Assembly (NCBI GenBank): GCA_934256705.1
Contig: CAKQPF010000001.1
Location: 40,850-104,849 of the forward strand
DNA from: an uncultured Prevotella sp.
Lineage (GTDB): Bacteria; Bacteroidota; Bacteroidia; Bacteroidales; Bacteroidaceae
Direction of reading: 5' to 3'
Length of the DNA: 64,000 bases
The notes beneath the pieces were generated by a model. That model searched no databases, was not told the origin of the DNA, and worked only from the letters and a program-made list of their open reading frames with translations. Below are positions 19,889-30,782 of this stretch, one piece after another (positions within the stretch are counted from its first letter, which is position 1; each line of letters opens with the position of its first letter). The translations under genes and the position numbers were made by a program.

Positions 19889-21808
19889 ATGACAACTCTG
19901 TATTACGATGTTATTGTTGTAGGCGGTGGTCACGCCGGATGTGAAGCCGCACACGCAGCCGCTAAAATGGGCGCTAAGACTTGCCTCATTACGATGGACA
20001 TGAACAAAATAGCCCAGATGTCCTGTAACCCAGCCGTAGGTGGTATCGCCAAAGGACAGATAGTACGCGAAGTCGATGCACTCGGAGGAGGCATGGGTAT
20101 CGTCACCGATGCCACTGCCATACAGTTTCGTATGCTCAACAGAAGTAAGGGACCTGCCATGTGGTCGCCACGAGCGCAATGCGACAGAGAGAAATTCATC
20201 TGGCAATGGCGACACGTCCTCGACCATACCGACCGGCTCGACATCTGGCAAGACCAGGTCGATGAACTCATATACGACTCCACCTCTTCCTCCACCACAA
20301 GCATCAAAGGCGTGCGCACCATCTGGGGAGTGGAGATTATGGCGCCTGCCGTCGTAATAACTGCCGGCACCTTCCTCAACGGACTCATGCACGTGGGACG
20401 CAAGATGGTGGCAGGAGGACGATGCGCCGAGCCTGCCGTACCTCATCTGACGGAGTCCATCAATGCCATCGGCATCAAGTCGGCAAGGATGAAGACCGGA
20501 ACGCCTGTGCGCATCGACAAGAGAAGCGTGCACTTCGAAGACACCACCATACAGCCGGGCGAGAATGACTACCATCAGTTTTCATTCATCGGAGAACACC
20601 GACACCTGGAGCAGTTGCCTTGCTGGACTTTCGACACCAACAAAGAAGCACACGAGACTCTCCTCAAAGGACTTCCTGACTCACCGCTCTTCAATGGTCA
20701 GATAAAATCTACCGGACCACGCTACTGTCCTTCAGTAGAGACTAAGCTCGTCACATTCCCCGATCGCGACCACCATCCGCTCTTCCTCGAACCGGAAGGC
20801 ACGGAGACAAACGAGATGTATCTCAACGGATTCTCCAGCAGTATGCCTATCGAGATTCAGTTGGAAGCGCTGCGAAAGATTCCTGCCCTGCGCGATGTCA
20901 AAGTATATAGACCGGGCTACGCCATAGAGTATGACTACTTCGACCCTACCCAACTCACCCACTCTCTCATGAGCAAACTCTGCGACGGTCTCTTCTTCGC
21001 CGGACAGGTGAACGGCACCACGGGATATGAGGAAGCCGCAGGACAGGGCATTATAGCCGGCATAAACGCCACTCTCTTCGCCGGAAGCCGTGGCACTGCC
21101 GATTGCGACGCCAGTATCGGCAAGCCTTTCACACTCTCTCGCGACGAAGCATATATCGGTGTACTCATCGACGATCTCGTCACAAAGGGCGTAGATGAAC
21201 CGTATCGTATGTTTACCTCCAGAGCGGAATACCGCATCCTGCTCCGACAGGACGATGCCGATGCCCGTCTCACCGAGCGTTCCCACGCTGTAGGTCTCGC
21301 CTCCACCGACCGTCTCAACTGGTGGATGGAGAAAAAGAAGCACATAGAGGACATCATACGCTACTGCGACATCACAAACGTCAAACCGAAGGAAGTGAAC
21401 GCTGTGCTCGATTCCATCGGCACTACCCCACTCCAATGCGGATGCAAGCTCCGCGAACTCATCGCCCGACCGGGTGTCTCAATCCATCAGATTGCGGAAG
21501 CATTGCCGGGACTGCACGCCCTCCTCGACGCTCCAGCCAACCGTCATCAGGAAATCGCGGAGACAGCGGAGATTCAGGTGAAGTATCAGGGATACATCGA
21601 GCGCGAGAAGCAAGCAGCAGAAAAGATGCACCGACTGGAGAACATCCGCATACAAGGTCACTTCAAATACGATGAACTCAACGGTCTCTCCACCGAAGCA
21701 AGGCAGAAACTCACCGTCATAAATCCCGAGACTCTCGCCCAAGCATCCCGAATCCCAGGCGTATCTCCAAGCGACATCAACGTCCTCCTCGTCCTGATGA
21801 AAAGATGA
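19889..21808 (+). CDS. mnmG: tRNA uridine 5-carboxymethylaminomethyl modification enzyme MnmG (GidA)
   Basis: N-terminal YDVIVVGGGHAGCEAA, length 639 aa, C-terminal helical domain. Confidence 0.95.
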   Translation: MTTLYYDVIVVGGGHAGCEAAHAAAKMGAKTCLITMDMNKIAQMSCNPAVGGIAKGQIVREVDALGGGMGIVTDATAIQFRMLNRSKGPAMWSPRAQCDREKFIWQWRHVLDHTDRLDIWQDQVDELIYDSTSSSTTSIKGVRTIWGVEIMAPAVVITAGTFLNGLMHVGRKMVAGGRCAEPAVPHLTESINAIGIKSARMKTGTPVRIDKRSVHFEDTTIQPGENDYHQFSFIGEHRHLEQLPCWTFDTNKEAHETLLKGLPDSPLFNGQIKSTGPRYCPSVETKLVTFPDRDHHPLFLEPEGTETNEMYLNGFSSSMPIEIQLEALRKIPALRDVKVYRPGYAIEYDYFDPTQLTHSLMSKLCDGLFFAGQVNGTTGYEEAAGQGIIAGINATLFAGSRGTADCDASIGKPFTLSRDEAYIGVLIDDLVTKGVDEPYRMFTSRAEYRILLRQDDADARLTERSHAVGLASTDRLNWWMEKKKHIEDIIRYCDITNVKPKEVNAVLDSIGTTPLQCGCKLRELIARPGVSIHQIAEALPGLHALLDAPANRHQEIAETAEIQVKYQGYIEREKQAAEKMHRLENIRIQGHFKYDELNGLSTEARQKLTVINPETLAQASRIPGVSPSDINVLLVLMKR

Positions 21809-21930
21809 TGGCAATTCATAATGCATAATTCATAATGCATAATTCATAATGCCAAAAGAGTATCTCCAGCGAAAATAATTAAGAATTATGAATTATGCAT
21901 TATGAATTATGAATTGAAACCGTCTGTTCC
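21806..21930. repeat. Palindromic tandem cataattcataatgc repeat element
   Basis: (ATAATGCATAATTC)n on one arm and gaattatgaattatgcattatgaattatgaatt on the other. The same family occurs at 39196-39305, 62846-62915 and 4290-4325. Confidence 0.8.
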
Positions 21931-21963
21931 ACGTGAAACAATATCAACAAAAACCATATCAAC

Positions 21964-22497
21964 ATGAATAACCCAATCCTAAAGAAGCATCTGAGAGTAG
22001 TTCCAGACTTCCCGATTCCAGGAATCCAATTCCAGGACATCGCCACCCTATTCGACAATCCTGAGTGCCTCCACATCATGCGCGATGAGATGGTGGAGCT
22101 CTACAAAGGCAAAGGCATCACAAAGGTGGTAGGCCTCGAAAGCCGCGGATTCCTGCTCGGCCCTATCATTGCCAGCGAGCTCAATACTGGTTTCGTAATG
22201 GCACGCAAGCCAGGCAAACTGCCAGGCGAAGTGATAGAATACGAATACAAGAAGGAATACGGCACCGATAAAATCGCCATGCTCAAGGATGCCATCAGCC
22301 CAGACGATGTCGTGCTCATCCACGACGACCTCCTTGCCACCGGTGGCAGCATGCTCGCGGCCTACAATCTCGTGAAATCGTTCAATCCGAAGAAAATCTA
22401 TATCAGTTGCATCATCGAACTGACCATCGAGGGTCTCAACGGTCGTGAGGTGCTCAAGCAGACCGGCTCTGAGGTCACCTCCCTCCTTGTAGTATAA
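21964..22497 (+). CDS. apt: Adenine phosphoribosyltransferase
   Basis: 177 aa with the PRPP-binding motif VLIHDDLLATGGS. Confidence 0.92.
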   Translation: MNNPILKKHLRVVPDFPIPGIQFQDIATLFDNPECLHIMRDEMVELYKGKGITKVVGLESRGFLLGPIIASELNTGFVMARKPGKLPGEVIEYEYKKEYGTDKIAMLKDAISPDDVVLIHDDLLATGGSMLAAYNLVKSFNPKKIYISCIIELTIEGLNGREVLKQTGSEVTSLLVV

Positions 22498-22559
22498 TCG
22501 AGCCAAGCGGTGTTTTCCTCCACGAAAGCACCGTTTCTTCGTATTAAAACGCCCCCATT

Positions 22560-22750
22560 CCAATAGCATAGGTATTGCAATGTAAAAGCATAGTTATTGC
22601 AACGTAAAAGCATAGCTATTACCTCGCAATATCTATGCTATTGCACACAGCCCCCAAAATGCCCATTCCAAGGCATCCATCCAGCCGCCACCGCGTCCGC
22701 CCGCCAATAAAAAGGATAGCCACTGTGTCCGCCGCGTTACCGGCGGATGT
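22560..22750. repeat. Intergenic repeat module: aatagcatagNtattgcaa tandem/palindrome plus GCCACTGTGTCCGCCGCGTTACCGGCGGAT hairpin
   Basis: aatagcataggtattgcaatgtaaaagcatagttattgcaacgtaaaagcatagctattacctcgcaatatctatgctattgc is followed by the 31-nt hairpin at 22719-22748. The same module is at 38120-38225 and 62600-62720. Confidence 0.75.
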
Positions 22751-22935
22751 AAGCAGGCCCAGGCAAGGAAACGCAAGCAAGGCATCCCGGCGGCGTCAGC
22801 CATTCTTCATTCTTCATTCTTCATTTACATTCACCCCGATTCCATCGCAATGTTTCGCACTTAAAGCATTACTTTAACGCCAATCATAATTCGCTGATTT
22901 TGAATAAATAAAGATAAAATTGTTTCACGTGGAAC

Positions 22936-24933
22936 ATGAACAGACCGCAAGAAGATAACAAAGCACGCATAGAGCGACTCAAGCAGATAGTACTCGCCAT
23001 GCCAGAGAAGCCTGGATCGTACCAATACTACGATGTGGACGGAGTAATCATATACGTAGGAAAGGCGAAAAACCTCAAGAAAAGGGTCTCTTCCTACTTC
23101 CACAAAGAGGTGGATAGATTCAAGACAAAAGTGCTCGTTTCGAAGATTCAAGACATCACATATACCGTAGTAAATACAGAAGAGGACGCCCTACTCCTGG
23201 AGAACGCACTCATCAAAAAATACAACCCAAAATACAACATCCTACTAAAGGACGGAAAGACATACCCAAGCATCGTAATAACAAACGAGCTATTCCCCAG
23301 AATATTCCAGACAAGGCGAATAAATAAGGTCACCGGCTCCTATTACGGCCCATATTCTCACCTCGCCTCCATGTACACCATCCTCGACCTTATACGCAAA
23401 CTCTACCACCCGCGCACCTGCAATCTTCCGCTAAACCGCGACAATATAGCAAGCGGGAAATACAAGCCGTGCCTGAAATACCATCTCGGCAACTGCGGAG
23501 CACCATGTGCCGGAAAGCAAAGCTACGACGATTATATGGAGAATATCCGTTCGGCACGCGAGATATTGCGCGGCAACACGCGCCATCTCTCCGCCATCAT
23601 CTACGACGAGATGCTGAAAAAGGCGGAGGAACTGAAGTTTGAGGAAGCCGAAGAACTGAAGCAGAAATACCTCCTTATCGAGCAATTCTGCGCCAAGAGC
23701 GAGGTGGTCAGCTTCACCATCGATGACGTCGATGTCTTCACTATCGACGACGATGATAACCGCGCCAATGCGTACATCAATTATATGCACGTGAAGAATG
23801 GCGCAATAAACCAGAGCTTCACCTACGAATACAAGCGAAAACTGCAGGAATCGGACGCCGAACTGCTCCTTCAGGTGGTCCTGGAAATACGCGAGCGTTT
23901 CCATTCCACCGCCAAGGAAATAATCGTGCCATTCGAGATGGAATGGACGGTGCCCGATGCTTCGTTTTTCGTGCCACAGAGAGGCGATAAGAAGCATCTG
24001 CTGGAATTATCCATCATAAACTGCAAACAGTACCGCATCGACCGCCTGAAGCAGTCGGACAAGCTCAATCCGGAGCAGAAATCCGTCCGTCTGATGAAGG
24101 AATTGCAGGAGAAACTCGGTCTGCCGAAATTGCCTTACCACATCGAAGCCTTCGACAACTCCAACATATCCGGCACCGATGCCGTGGCAGGCTGCGTGGT
24201 CTTCAAGGGCATGAAACCGTCGAAAAAGGACTATCGCACGTACAATATCAAGACCGTAGTGGGACCGGACGATTACGCCAGCATGCAGGAGGTTGTCTAT
24301 CGCCGATATAGCAGACTCATGCAAGAGGCAAAAGAAGCCGAAAAAGCAACCACAGAAGCCACCTCAGAGGAAAATATGACAAGCACCCAAATGGAGCAAA
24401 ACGTAACCAAAGAAAGCTCCCCCAAGGGGGAGTTGAGGGGGGCTTCCTTCCCCGACCTCATAGTCTGCGACGGAGGCATAGGTCAGATGAACTGCGTGCG
24501 CAAGGTGATAGAGGAAGACCTAGGTCTCTCCATCCCTATCGCAGGTCTTGCCAAGGACGACAAGCACCGCACCAACGAACTGCTTTTTATCCCACTCCAG
24601 GACCCGAACAACCCGCTGATGGACCGTCATCCCGTCACGATACAGATAAAGCCCACATCGGAGCTTTTTCACGTCCTTACGCAGTTGCAGGATGAGGTAC
24701 ACCGCTTCGCCATCTCCTTCCATCGCAATAAGCGCTCCAAGCACGCCCTTCACTCCGAACTGGACGACATCAAAGGCATTGGTCCGAAGACAAAGGATGC
24801 CCTCCTCAAGCATTTCAAGAGCGTCAGACGCATCAAAGAGGCTACAGTGGAGGAACTGTCCAGCGCGGTGGGAGAAAGTAAGGGAGGGGTCGTTTTCCGG
24901 CATTTCCAGGAAAAAATGAAGAATGAAGAATAG
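22936..24933 (+). CDS. uvrC: Excinuclease ABC subunit C
   Basis: GIY-YIG N-terminus (YQYYDVDGVIIYVGKAKNLKKRVSSY), UvrBC motif, C-terminal (HhH)2. 665 aa. Confidence 0.93.
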   Translation: MNRPQEDNKARIERLKQIVLAMPEKPGSYQYYDVDGVIIYVGKAKNLKKRVSSYFHKEVDRFKTKVLVSKIQDITYTVVNTEEDALLLENALIKKYNPKYNILLKDGKTYPSIVITNELFPRIFQTRRINKVTGSYYGPYSHLASMYTILDLIRKLYHPRTCNLPLNRDNIASGKYKPCLKYHLGNCGAPCAGKQSYDDYMENIRSAREILRGNTRHLSAIIYDEMLKKAEELKFEEAEELKQKYLLIEQFCAKSEVVSFTIDDVDVFTIDDDDNRANAYINYMHVKNGAINQSFTYEYKRKLQESDAELLLQVVLEIRERFHSTAKEIIVPFEMEWTVPDASFFVPQRGDKKHLLELSIINCKQYRIDRLKQSDKLNPEQKSVRLMKELQEKLGLPKLPYHIEAFDNSNISGTDAVAGCVVFKGMKPSKKDYRTYNIKTVVGPDDYASMQEVVYRRYSRLMQEAKEAEKATTEATSEENMTSTQMEQNVTKESSPKGELRGASFPDLIVCDGGIGQMNCVRKVIEEDLGLSIPIAGLAKDDKHRTNELLFIPLQDPNNPLMDRHPVTIQIKPTSELFHVLTQLQDEVHRFAISFHRNKRSKHALHSELDDIKGIGPKTKDALLKHFKSVRRIKEATVEELSSAVGESKGGVVFRHFQEKMKNEE

Positions 24934-24977
24934 TCTAAATGAAGAATGAAGAATGGGAGTTACGTTTTTCTTGCTTT

Positions 24978-25135
24978 AGTGAAAAGTGAAAAGTGAAGAG
25001 TGAAAAGTGAAAAATCGCGCTGACGCGGTTGCGGTTTCTTGCTCTTCACTCTTCACATCTGCCACTCCCGTAGTTCCAAATCCCGTTAGGCGATTTTTCA
25101 CTTTTCACTCTTCACTTTTCACTTTTCACTCTTCA
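24978..25135. repeat. Long hairpin element built of GTGAAAA/GTGAAGA heptamer arrays around an ATCGCGCTGACGCGGTT core
   Basis: (gtgaaaagtgaagag)n aaaaatcgcgctgacgcggtt ... on one side, with gcgatttttcacttttcactcttcacttttcac as the reverse complement. The same family occurs at 26768-26905, 30783-31040, 38268-38333 and 39306-39372. Confidence 0.85.
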
Positions 25136-25189
25136 TCCACCCCGGCTGATATATAAAAAAGAAAAAGAACAACAATAACAACATAAGAA

Positions 25190-25642
25190 ATGCGCATAGT
25201 AATACAAAGAGTAAAGCACGCTTCAGTGACCATAGACGGCACTGTAAAGTCAAAGATCGGACAGGGAATGCTTATCCTTGTGGGTATAGAAAATGCAGAC
25301 ACGCAGGAGGACGTGGAATGGCTCGTCGGCAAGACAGCCAAGATGCGTATCTTCGACGATGAAAACGGCGTCATGAACCTCGCCTTGGGCGACATAAATG
25401 GCGAAGCATTGGTAGTGTCACAGTTTACGCTGTTCGCCTCATGCAAGAAGGGTAACAGACCTTCCTGGTTTCGTGCCGCCACGCACGACATCAGCATCCC
25501 GCTCTATGAGGCTTTCTGCCGGCAGTTGAGCACCGCCATAGGCAAGGAGGTAGGCACGGGCGAGTTCGGCGCCGACATGAAGGTAGAACTGCTCAATGAC
25601 GGCCCCGTGACCATCATCATCGACTCCAAGAATAGGGAGTGA
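25190..25642 (+). CDS. dtd: D-aminoacyl-tRNA deacylase
   Basis: 150 aa, MRIVIQRV...SQFTLFA...GNRPS signature. Confidence 0.93.
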   Translation: MRIVIQRVKHASVTIDGTVKSKIGQGMLILVGIENADTQEDVEWLVGKTAKMRIFDDENGVMNLALGDINGEALVVSQFTLFASCKKGNRPSWFRAATHDISIPLYEAFCRQLSTAIGKEVGTGEFGADMKVELLNDGPVTIIIDSKNRE

Positions 25643-25867
25643 CGTTTGTTGTTTGGTTGTCTGGTTGTTTTGTTGTCTGGTTGTTTTGTTGTTTGGTTGA
25701 ATGTTTTGTTTCATTGTTACAACTGCAAACAACAAGACCACAAAACAACTAAACAACAAAACCACATATTCCATAAAAAAACAAAAAAAGGGAGGGAAAA
25801 GGGCAAGTAATTGGAAATAGTTTATTACTTTTGCAAAATAGCATTATAAAATAACAAATTAAATACT

Positions 25868-26767
25868 ATGGAAGTAAAAGAACTGAGTAAATACGAACAA
25901 GCATTGTCAAAGTACAATGTAGAGCTCGACGACGCTGCTGTAAAGGCTGCCGTGCGCGACATCATCGCAAATAAAGTAGCAGAAAACGACACCCTCGAAG
26001 TAAAGAAATTCCTCTTTGGCAGCATCGAACTGACCACCCTCAAGACCGAGGACAGCGATACTTCAGTGATGGCTTTCACAGAGCGCGTAAACGCATTCGA
26101 CAATGAATATCCTGATATGCCTCACGTGGCTACTATCTGCGTCTATCCTTGCTTCGCCGAGATAGTAAAGGACACCCTTGAGGTGGAGGGCGTAGAGATA
26201 GCTTGCGTATCCGGCTCATTCCCAAGTTCGCAAGCTCGCATCGAAGTAAAGGTGGCAGAGACATCCCTCGCCGTGAAGGATGGCGCTACTGAAATCGACA
26301 TCGTAATGCCTGTGGGCAAGTTCCTCAGCGGCGATTACGAAGGCATGTGCGAGGACATCAGCGAACTGAAGAATGCCTGCGGCAAGGACGTTGCCATGAA
26401 GGTAATCCTCGAGACGGGCGACATCAAGACTGCAAGCAATATCAAGAAGGCTTCTATCCTCTCTATGTACGCTGGTGCAGACTATATCAAGACTTCCACT
26501 GGTAAGGAGAAGATCAGCGCCACTCCAGAGGCTGCTTACGTGATGTGTCAGGCTATCAAGGAATACTATGACGAGACAGGCATTCAGATAGGTTTCAAGC
26601 CTGCTGGCGGCATCAATACTGTCATGGACGCCATCACTTATTACACCATCGTAAAGGAGGTGCTGGGCGAGAAATGGCTCACCAATAAGTGGTTCCGCCT
26701 CGGCACTTCACGCCTCGCTAATCTCCTGCTCTCTGAGATACAGGGAGAGGAAGTGAAGTTCTTCTAA
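25868..26767 (+). CDS. deoC: Deoxyribose-phosphate aldolase (long, DeoC2-type)
   Basis: Class I aldolase TIM barrel with the Schiff-base Lys region ADYIKTSTGKEK. 299 aa. Confidence 0.8.
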   Translation: MEVKELSKYEQALSKYNVELDDAAVKAAVRDIIANKVAENDTLEVKKFLFGSIELTTLKTEDSDTSVMAFTERVNAFDNEYPDMPHVATICVYPCFAEIVKDTLEVEGVEIACVSGSFPSSQARIEVKVAETSLAVKDGATEIDIVMPVGKFLSGDYEGMCEDISELKNACGKDVAMKVILETGDIKTASNIKKASILSMYAGADYIKTSTGKEKISATPEAAYVMCQAIKEYYDETGIQIGFKPAGGINTVMDAITYYTIVKEVLGEKWLTNKWFRLGTSRLANLLLSEIQGEEVKFF

Positions 26768-26905
26768 TGCCCAAAGTGAAGAGTGAAAAGTGAAAAGTGA
26801 AGAGTGAAAAATCGCCTGCCGGATATTGCAACTCAAACAAATATCCTATTGCGTCAGCGCGATTTTTCACTCTTCACTTTTCACTCTTCACTTTTCACTT
26901 TAGAT
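26768..26905. repeat. Heptamer-array long hairpin (same family as 24978-25135)
   Basis: aaagtgaagagtgaaaagtgaaaagtgaagagtgaaaaatcgcc...gcgatttttcactcttcacttttcactcttcacttttcac. Confidence 0.85.
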
Positions 26906-26906
26906 A

Positions 26907-27884
26907 CTAAAGTTTTCTCCCAATCACATAATCAACATAAGCCCCGAGGGCATCAGCGATGGAGGCATCCTCCACCCTATTTCTGACGAAAGACATACAC
27001 TCCTCGCTCATGCGTTCCATGACGCTTTGAGCATACTCTATACCGCCGTTCTCTTTTGTGAAAGCCACGAGTCGGGCTATCTCTTCCTTGGTGACACTGT
27101 GAGCCTTCACTTTATGCGCTATGGCAAGCATTTCAGCATTGCCGGAAGTCAGCACGCAGTGGATGACAGGAAGAGTGAGTTTACCCTCAGCCATGTCGTT
27201 TCCAGTAGGTTTTCCTATCTCCTGAGAGTCGTAATAATCAAAGATATCATCACGTATCTGGAAGATGATTCCGAGGGTTTGACCAAACAAAGACGCGGCT
27301 TTCACATCCTCTTCTGACGCTCCCGAACTCATGGCTCCCATAGCACAGCACGCCTCAAAGAGCGCTGCCGTCTTCTGCTTTATCACGTCGTAATAAGTCT
27401 CCTCGGAGATGTTCTCACCACCATTGCTGGTGAGCTGCAGTATCTCGCCGTTTGCCAATGTCTGACCGAGACGTGCGAGGTAACTGACGATGCGGTTATT
27501 ACCCGTCTGCGACACATTGAGAAGGGCGGTGGAGAGGATATAATCACCCACGAGGACTGCCACTTTATTATCGTAGAGCGCATTGACAGACTGCTGTCCG
27601 CGACGCTCTCCCGACTCATCCACTACGTCATCGTGCACGAGACTGGCAGTATGCAGCAACTCAAGTCCTACTGCCGAATGCTGTGTGGAGGCATTCACCT
27701 CACCAAAGCATTTTGCCATCAGCAGGATAAGCATCGGACGCATACGCTTTCCAGCACGCTGGCGAATATGATTGAGCACGGTCTCAAGCATTCCGTCGGT
27801 ATGCGAAAGCGAGTCATTGAAGAGGGAAATGAAGTCCCCCAACTCCGTTTCTATTGGTTTTCTGATATGTGATAGATAATCCAT
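26907..27884 (-). CDS. ispB: Polyprenyl (octaprenyl/all-trans) diphosphate synthase
   Basis: First DDxxD motif LVHDDVVDE and second motif QIRDDIFD. 325 aa. Confidence 0.88.
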   Translation of the reverse strand: MDYLSHIRKPIETELGDFISLFNDSLSHTDGMLETVLNHIRQRAGKRMRPMLILLMAKCFGEVNASTQHSAVGLELLHTASLVHDDVVDESGERRGQQSVNALYDNKVAVLVGDYILSTALLNVSQTGNNRIVSYLARLGQTLANGEILQLTSNGGENISEETYYDVIKQKTAALFEACCAMGAMSSGASEEDVKAASLFGQTLGIIFQIRDDIFDYYDSQEIGKPTGNDMAEGKLTLPVIHCVLTSGNAEMLAIAHKVKAHSVTKEEIARLVAFTKENGGIEYAQSVMERMSEECMSFVRNRVEDASIADALGAYVDYVIGRKL

Positions 27885-28018
27885 TACTATACTTATATTT
27901 GCATTTTTCGTTGCAAAATTAAGAAAAAATTTTCGGTTTCACATGAAGATAGTCGATAATTTAATATTTAATTTGTATATTTGCACCTACATATCATAAA
28001 ATCAAATCACAACGACTA

Positions 28019-30781
28019 ATGGACAAACTCTTTCTCATCGACGCATACGCGCTGATATACCGCAGTTACTATGCCTTCATCAAAGCACCTCGCATCAATT
28101 CCAAAGGAATGAATACGAGCACCATAATGGGCTTCTGCAATACGCTCAACGAGGTACTGACCAAGGAAAAACCAACTCATCTCGCCGTCGCTTTCGACCA
28201 CGGAAAGACGTTCCGACACGAGGCTTTCCCTGCTTATAAAGCGCAGAGAGAGGAGACTCCTGAGGACATCAGACTGGCTGTACCTATCATCAAGGATATC
28301 CTCTCTGCCTATCATATCCCTATCTTGCAGGTGGATGGATTTGAGGCGGACGACATCATCGGCACCATAGCCCACAAAGCCGACCTCGAAGGCATCGACA
28401 CATTCATGGTGACGCCCGACAAGGACTACGCCCAGCTCGTCACCGACCACGTCAGGATGTACCGCCCTCGCCACGGAGGCGGCTATGAAGTCATGGGTCC
28501 GAAGGAGGTATGCGAGAAATACGGCATAGAGTCAACGGCGCAGGTCATCGACCTTCTCGGACTGATGGGCGACTCGGCTGACAATTTTCCGGGCTGTCCG
28601 GGCGTGGGAGAGAAGACTGCCGCCAAACTGATAAACCAATTCGGAAGCATCGACAGCCTACTCTCCTCCACCGACCAGCTGAAAGGAAAGATGAAGGAAA
28701 AAGTGGAAGACGCGGTGGAAGACATCAAGATGTCAAAGTATCTTGCCACCATCCGCCAGGATGTCCCTGTCTCTTTCTCTTTCGATGAAATGAAAGTCAA
28801 TGAGCCAGACGAAGCCCGACTGAGAGAAATCTTCACCGAATTGGAGTTTAAGAGCCTTGCTGACAGAATTCTGAAAAAACCTGTTCAAAAGCAAAAAAGC
28901 GTTAATTTACAGCTTGATTTGTTTGCAGAAAATCCGACCAACGGGCAAGATTTATTTGAAAATGCCACTCTTGATACGTTTCAGACATCGGGAGCAAAGT
29001 ATCATTTGGTTGAAACAGAAGAAGATGCGGAGAAATTATCCGAACTTTTAGTTACAAAGCAAATCGTCAGTTTTGACACAGAGACCACTTCTGTCTGTGC
29101 TATCGACGCGGAATTGGTCGGCTTGAGCTTTGCTTTCGAGGAAAAGGAGGCTTGGTATGTCGCCGTTCCGGCAGAACGTAAAGAAGCTGAAAAAATCGTT
29201 AATATATTCAAAAAGGTATATGAAAGCCCGAAAATCATCAAGGTAGGGCAAAATGTGAAGTACGACATACAGGTGCTGAAGAATTACGGCATCGAAGTGA
29301 AAGCGCAGCTTTGGGACACCATGATTGCCCACTACCTCATCAATCCTGGTCGTGAGAACAACATGGACTCTATGGCGGAGACACTGCTCCACTATCAGAC
29401 CATCCACATCGAGCAGCTCATCGGACCGAAGGGACCGGCGCAGAAGTCCATGCGAGACCTCAGTCCTGCGGAGGTATATCAGTATGCCGCCGAGGATGCC
29501 GACATCACCCTTCGCCTCAAGAACGTGCTCGAACCAAAACTGAAGGAGGTGGGTGCCGAAGCTCTTTTCCATGACATTGAGATGCCGCTCGTCCCTGTCC
29601 TTGCGGATATGGAGCGCAACGGCGTGCGTCTCGACACCAAGGCGCTGGACGAAGTGCACACCACATTCACCAGACGAATGGGCGAACTGGAACAGGAAAT
29701 CTACCAACTGGCGGGTGAAAGCTTCAACATCGCTTCGCCGAGACAGGTGGGCGAGATACTGTTCGGCAAACTGAAAATCGTGGAAAAGGCGAAGAAAACC
29801 AAGACGGGACAGTATCAGACATCGGAGGAAGTACTGCAGTCGCTCAGTTCCAAGCACCCTATAGTGGAGAAGATTCTCGCCCATCGCGGTCTGAAGAAAC
29901 TCATTGGCACTTACGTAGATGCGTTGCCACGACTCATCAATCCTAATACCGGTCACATCCATACGTCATTCAACCAATGTGTCACCACCACGGGACGACT
30001 CTCCAGCTCGGATCCTAACCTCCAGAATATCCCTGTCAACAGCGAGGACGGCAAGGAAATCCGCAAGACCATCATCCCTGACGAGGGAGAAATCTTCTTC
30101 TCCGCCGACTATTCACAGATCGAACTGCGCGTGATGGCATCCATGTCGGGCGACGAGAACATGATAGAAGCCTTCACATCAGACGCTGATATCCATGCCG
30201 CAACATCGGCAAAGATATTCCATAAGCCGATAAGCGAGGTCACCAAGGAAGAGAGAACCAAGGCAAAGCGTGCCAATTTCGGCATCATCTATGGCATTTC
30301 AGCCTTTGGTCTGGCACAGAATATGGGCATAGACCGCAGTGAGGCTAAAGCATTGATAGACGGTTACTTCGCCACTTTCCCCGGTGTGCAGTCCTTCATG
30401 GAGGAAAGCAAGAAGACGGCAGCCGAGAAGGGCTATGCCGAGACCATGTTCCATCGCCGTCGCTACCTGCCCGACATCACGTCGCGCAACGGCACCGTCC
30501 GTGCGATAGCAGAGCGAAACGCCATCAATGCGCCTATCCAGGGCACGGCGGCCGACATCATCAAGATTGCCATGGTGCGCATATACCAGCGCTTCAAGGC
30601 AGAAGGATTGAAGTCGAAGATGATACTTCAGGTGCATGACGAACTCAACTTCTCCGTGGTTCCCGAAGAAAAGTTCCACGTGAAACAATTAGTACTCGAA
30701 GAGATGCAAAATGCTGCAGCACTGAAAGTTCCCCTGATTGCTGACTGCGGCTTCGGCGACAACTGGCTGGAGGCTCATTGA
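28019..30781 (+). CDS. polA: DNA polymerase I
   Basis: 5'-3' exonuclease N-terminus, 3'-5' exonuclease domain, and polymerase motifs (DYSQIELR, QVHDEL). 920 aa. Confidence 0.96.
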   Translation: MDKLFLIDAYALIYRSYYAFIKAPRINSKGMNTSTIMGFCNTLNEVLTKEKPTHLAVAFDHGKTFRHEAFPAYKAQREETPEDIRLAVPIIKDILSAYHIPILQVDGFEADDIIGTIAHKADLEGIDTFMVTPDKDYAQLVTDHVRMYRPRHGGGYEVMGPKEVCEKYGIESTAQVIDLLGLMGDSADNFPGCPGVGEKTAAKLINQFGSIDSLLSSTDQLKGKMKEKVEDAVEDIKMSKYLATIRQDVPVSFSFDEMKVNEPDEARLREIFTELEFKSLADRILKKPVQKQKSVNLQLDLFAENPTNGQDLFENATLDTFQTSGAKYHLVETEEDAEKLSELLVTKQIVSFDTETTSVCAIDAELVGLSFAFEEKEAWYVAVPAERKEAEKIVNIFKKVYESPKIIKVGQNVKYDIQVLKNYGIEVKAQLWDTMIAHYLINPGRENNMDSMAETLLHYQTIHIEQLIGPKGPAQKSMRDLSPAEVYQYAAEDADITLRLKNVLEPKLKEVGAEALFHDIEMPLVPVLADMERNGVRLDTKALDEVHTTFTRRMGELEQEIYQLAGESFNIASPRQVGEILFGKLKIVEKAKKTKTGQYQTSEEVLQSLSSKHPIVEKILAHRGLKKLIGTYVDALPRLINPNTGHIHTSFNQCVTTTGRLSSSDPNLQNIPVNSEDGKEIRKTIIPDEGEIFFSADYSQIELRVMASMSGDENMIEAFTSDADIHAATSAKIFHKPISEVTKEERTKAKRANFGIIYGISAFGLAQNMGIDRSEAKALIDGYFATFPGVQSFMEESKKTAAEKGYAETMFHRRRYLPDITSRNGTVRAIAERNAINAPIQGTAADIIKIAMVRIYQRFKAEGLKSKMILQVHDELNFSVVPEEKFHVKQLVLEEMQNAAALKVPLIADCGFGDNWLEAH

Positions 30782-30782
30782 C

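Noticed and set aside
19850-21436. Several 140-240-aa minus-strand ORFs inside mnmG
   Set aside because: They are antisense to the conserved mnmG gene and have low-complexity translations.
29048-29962. 304-aa minus-strand ORF inside polA
   Set aside because: It is antisense to polA.
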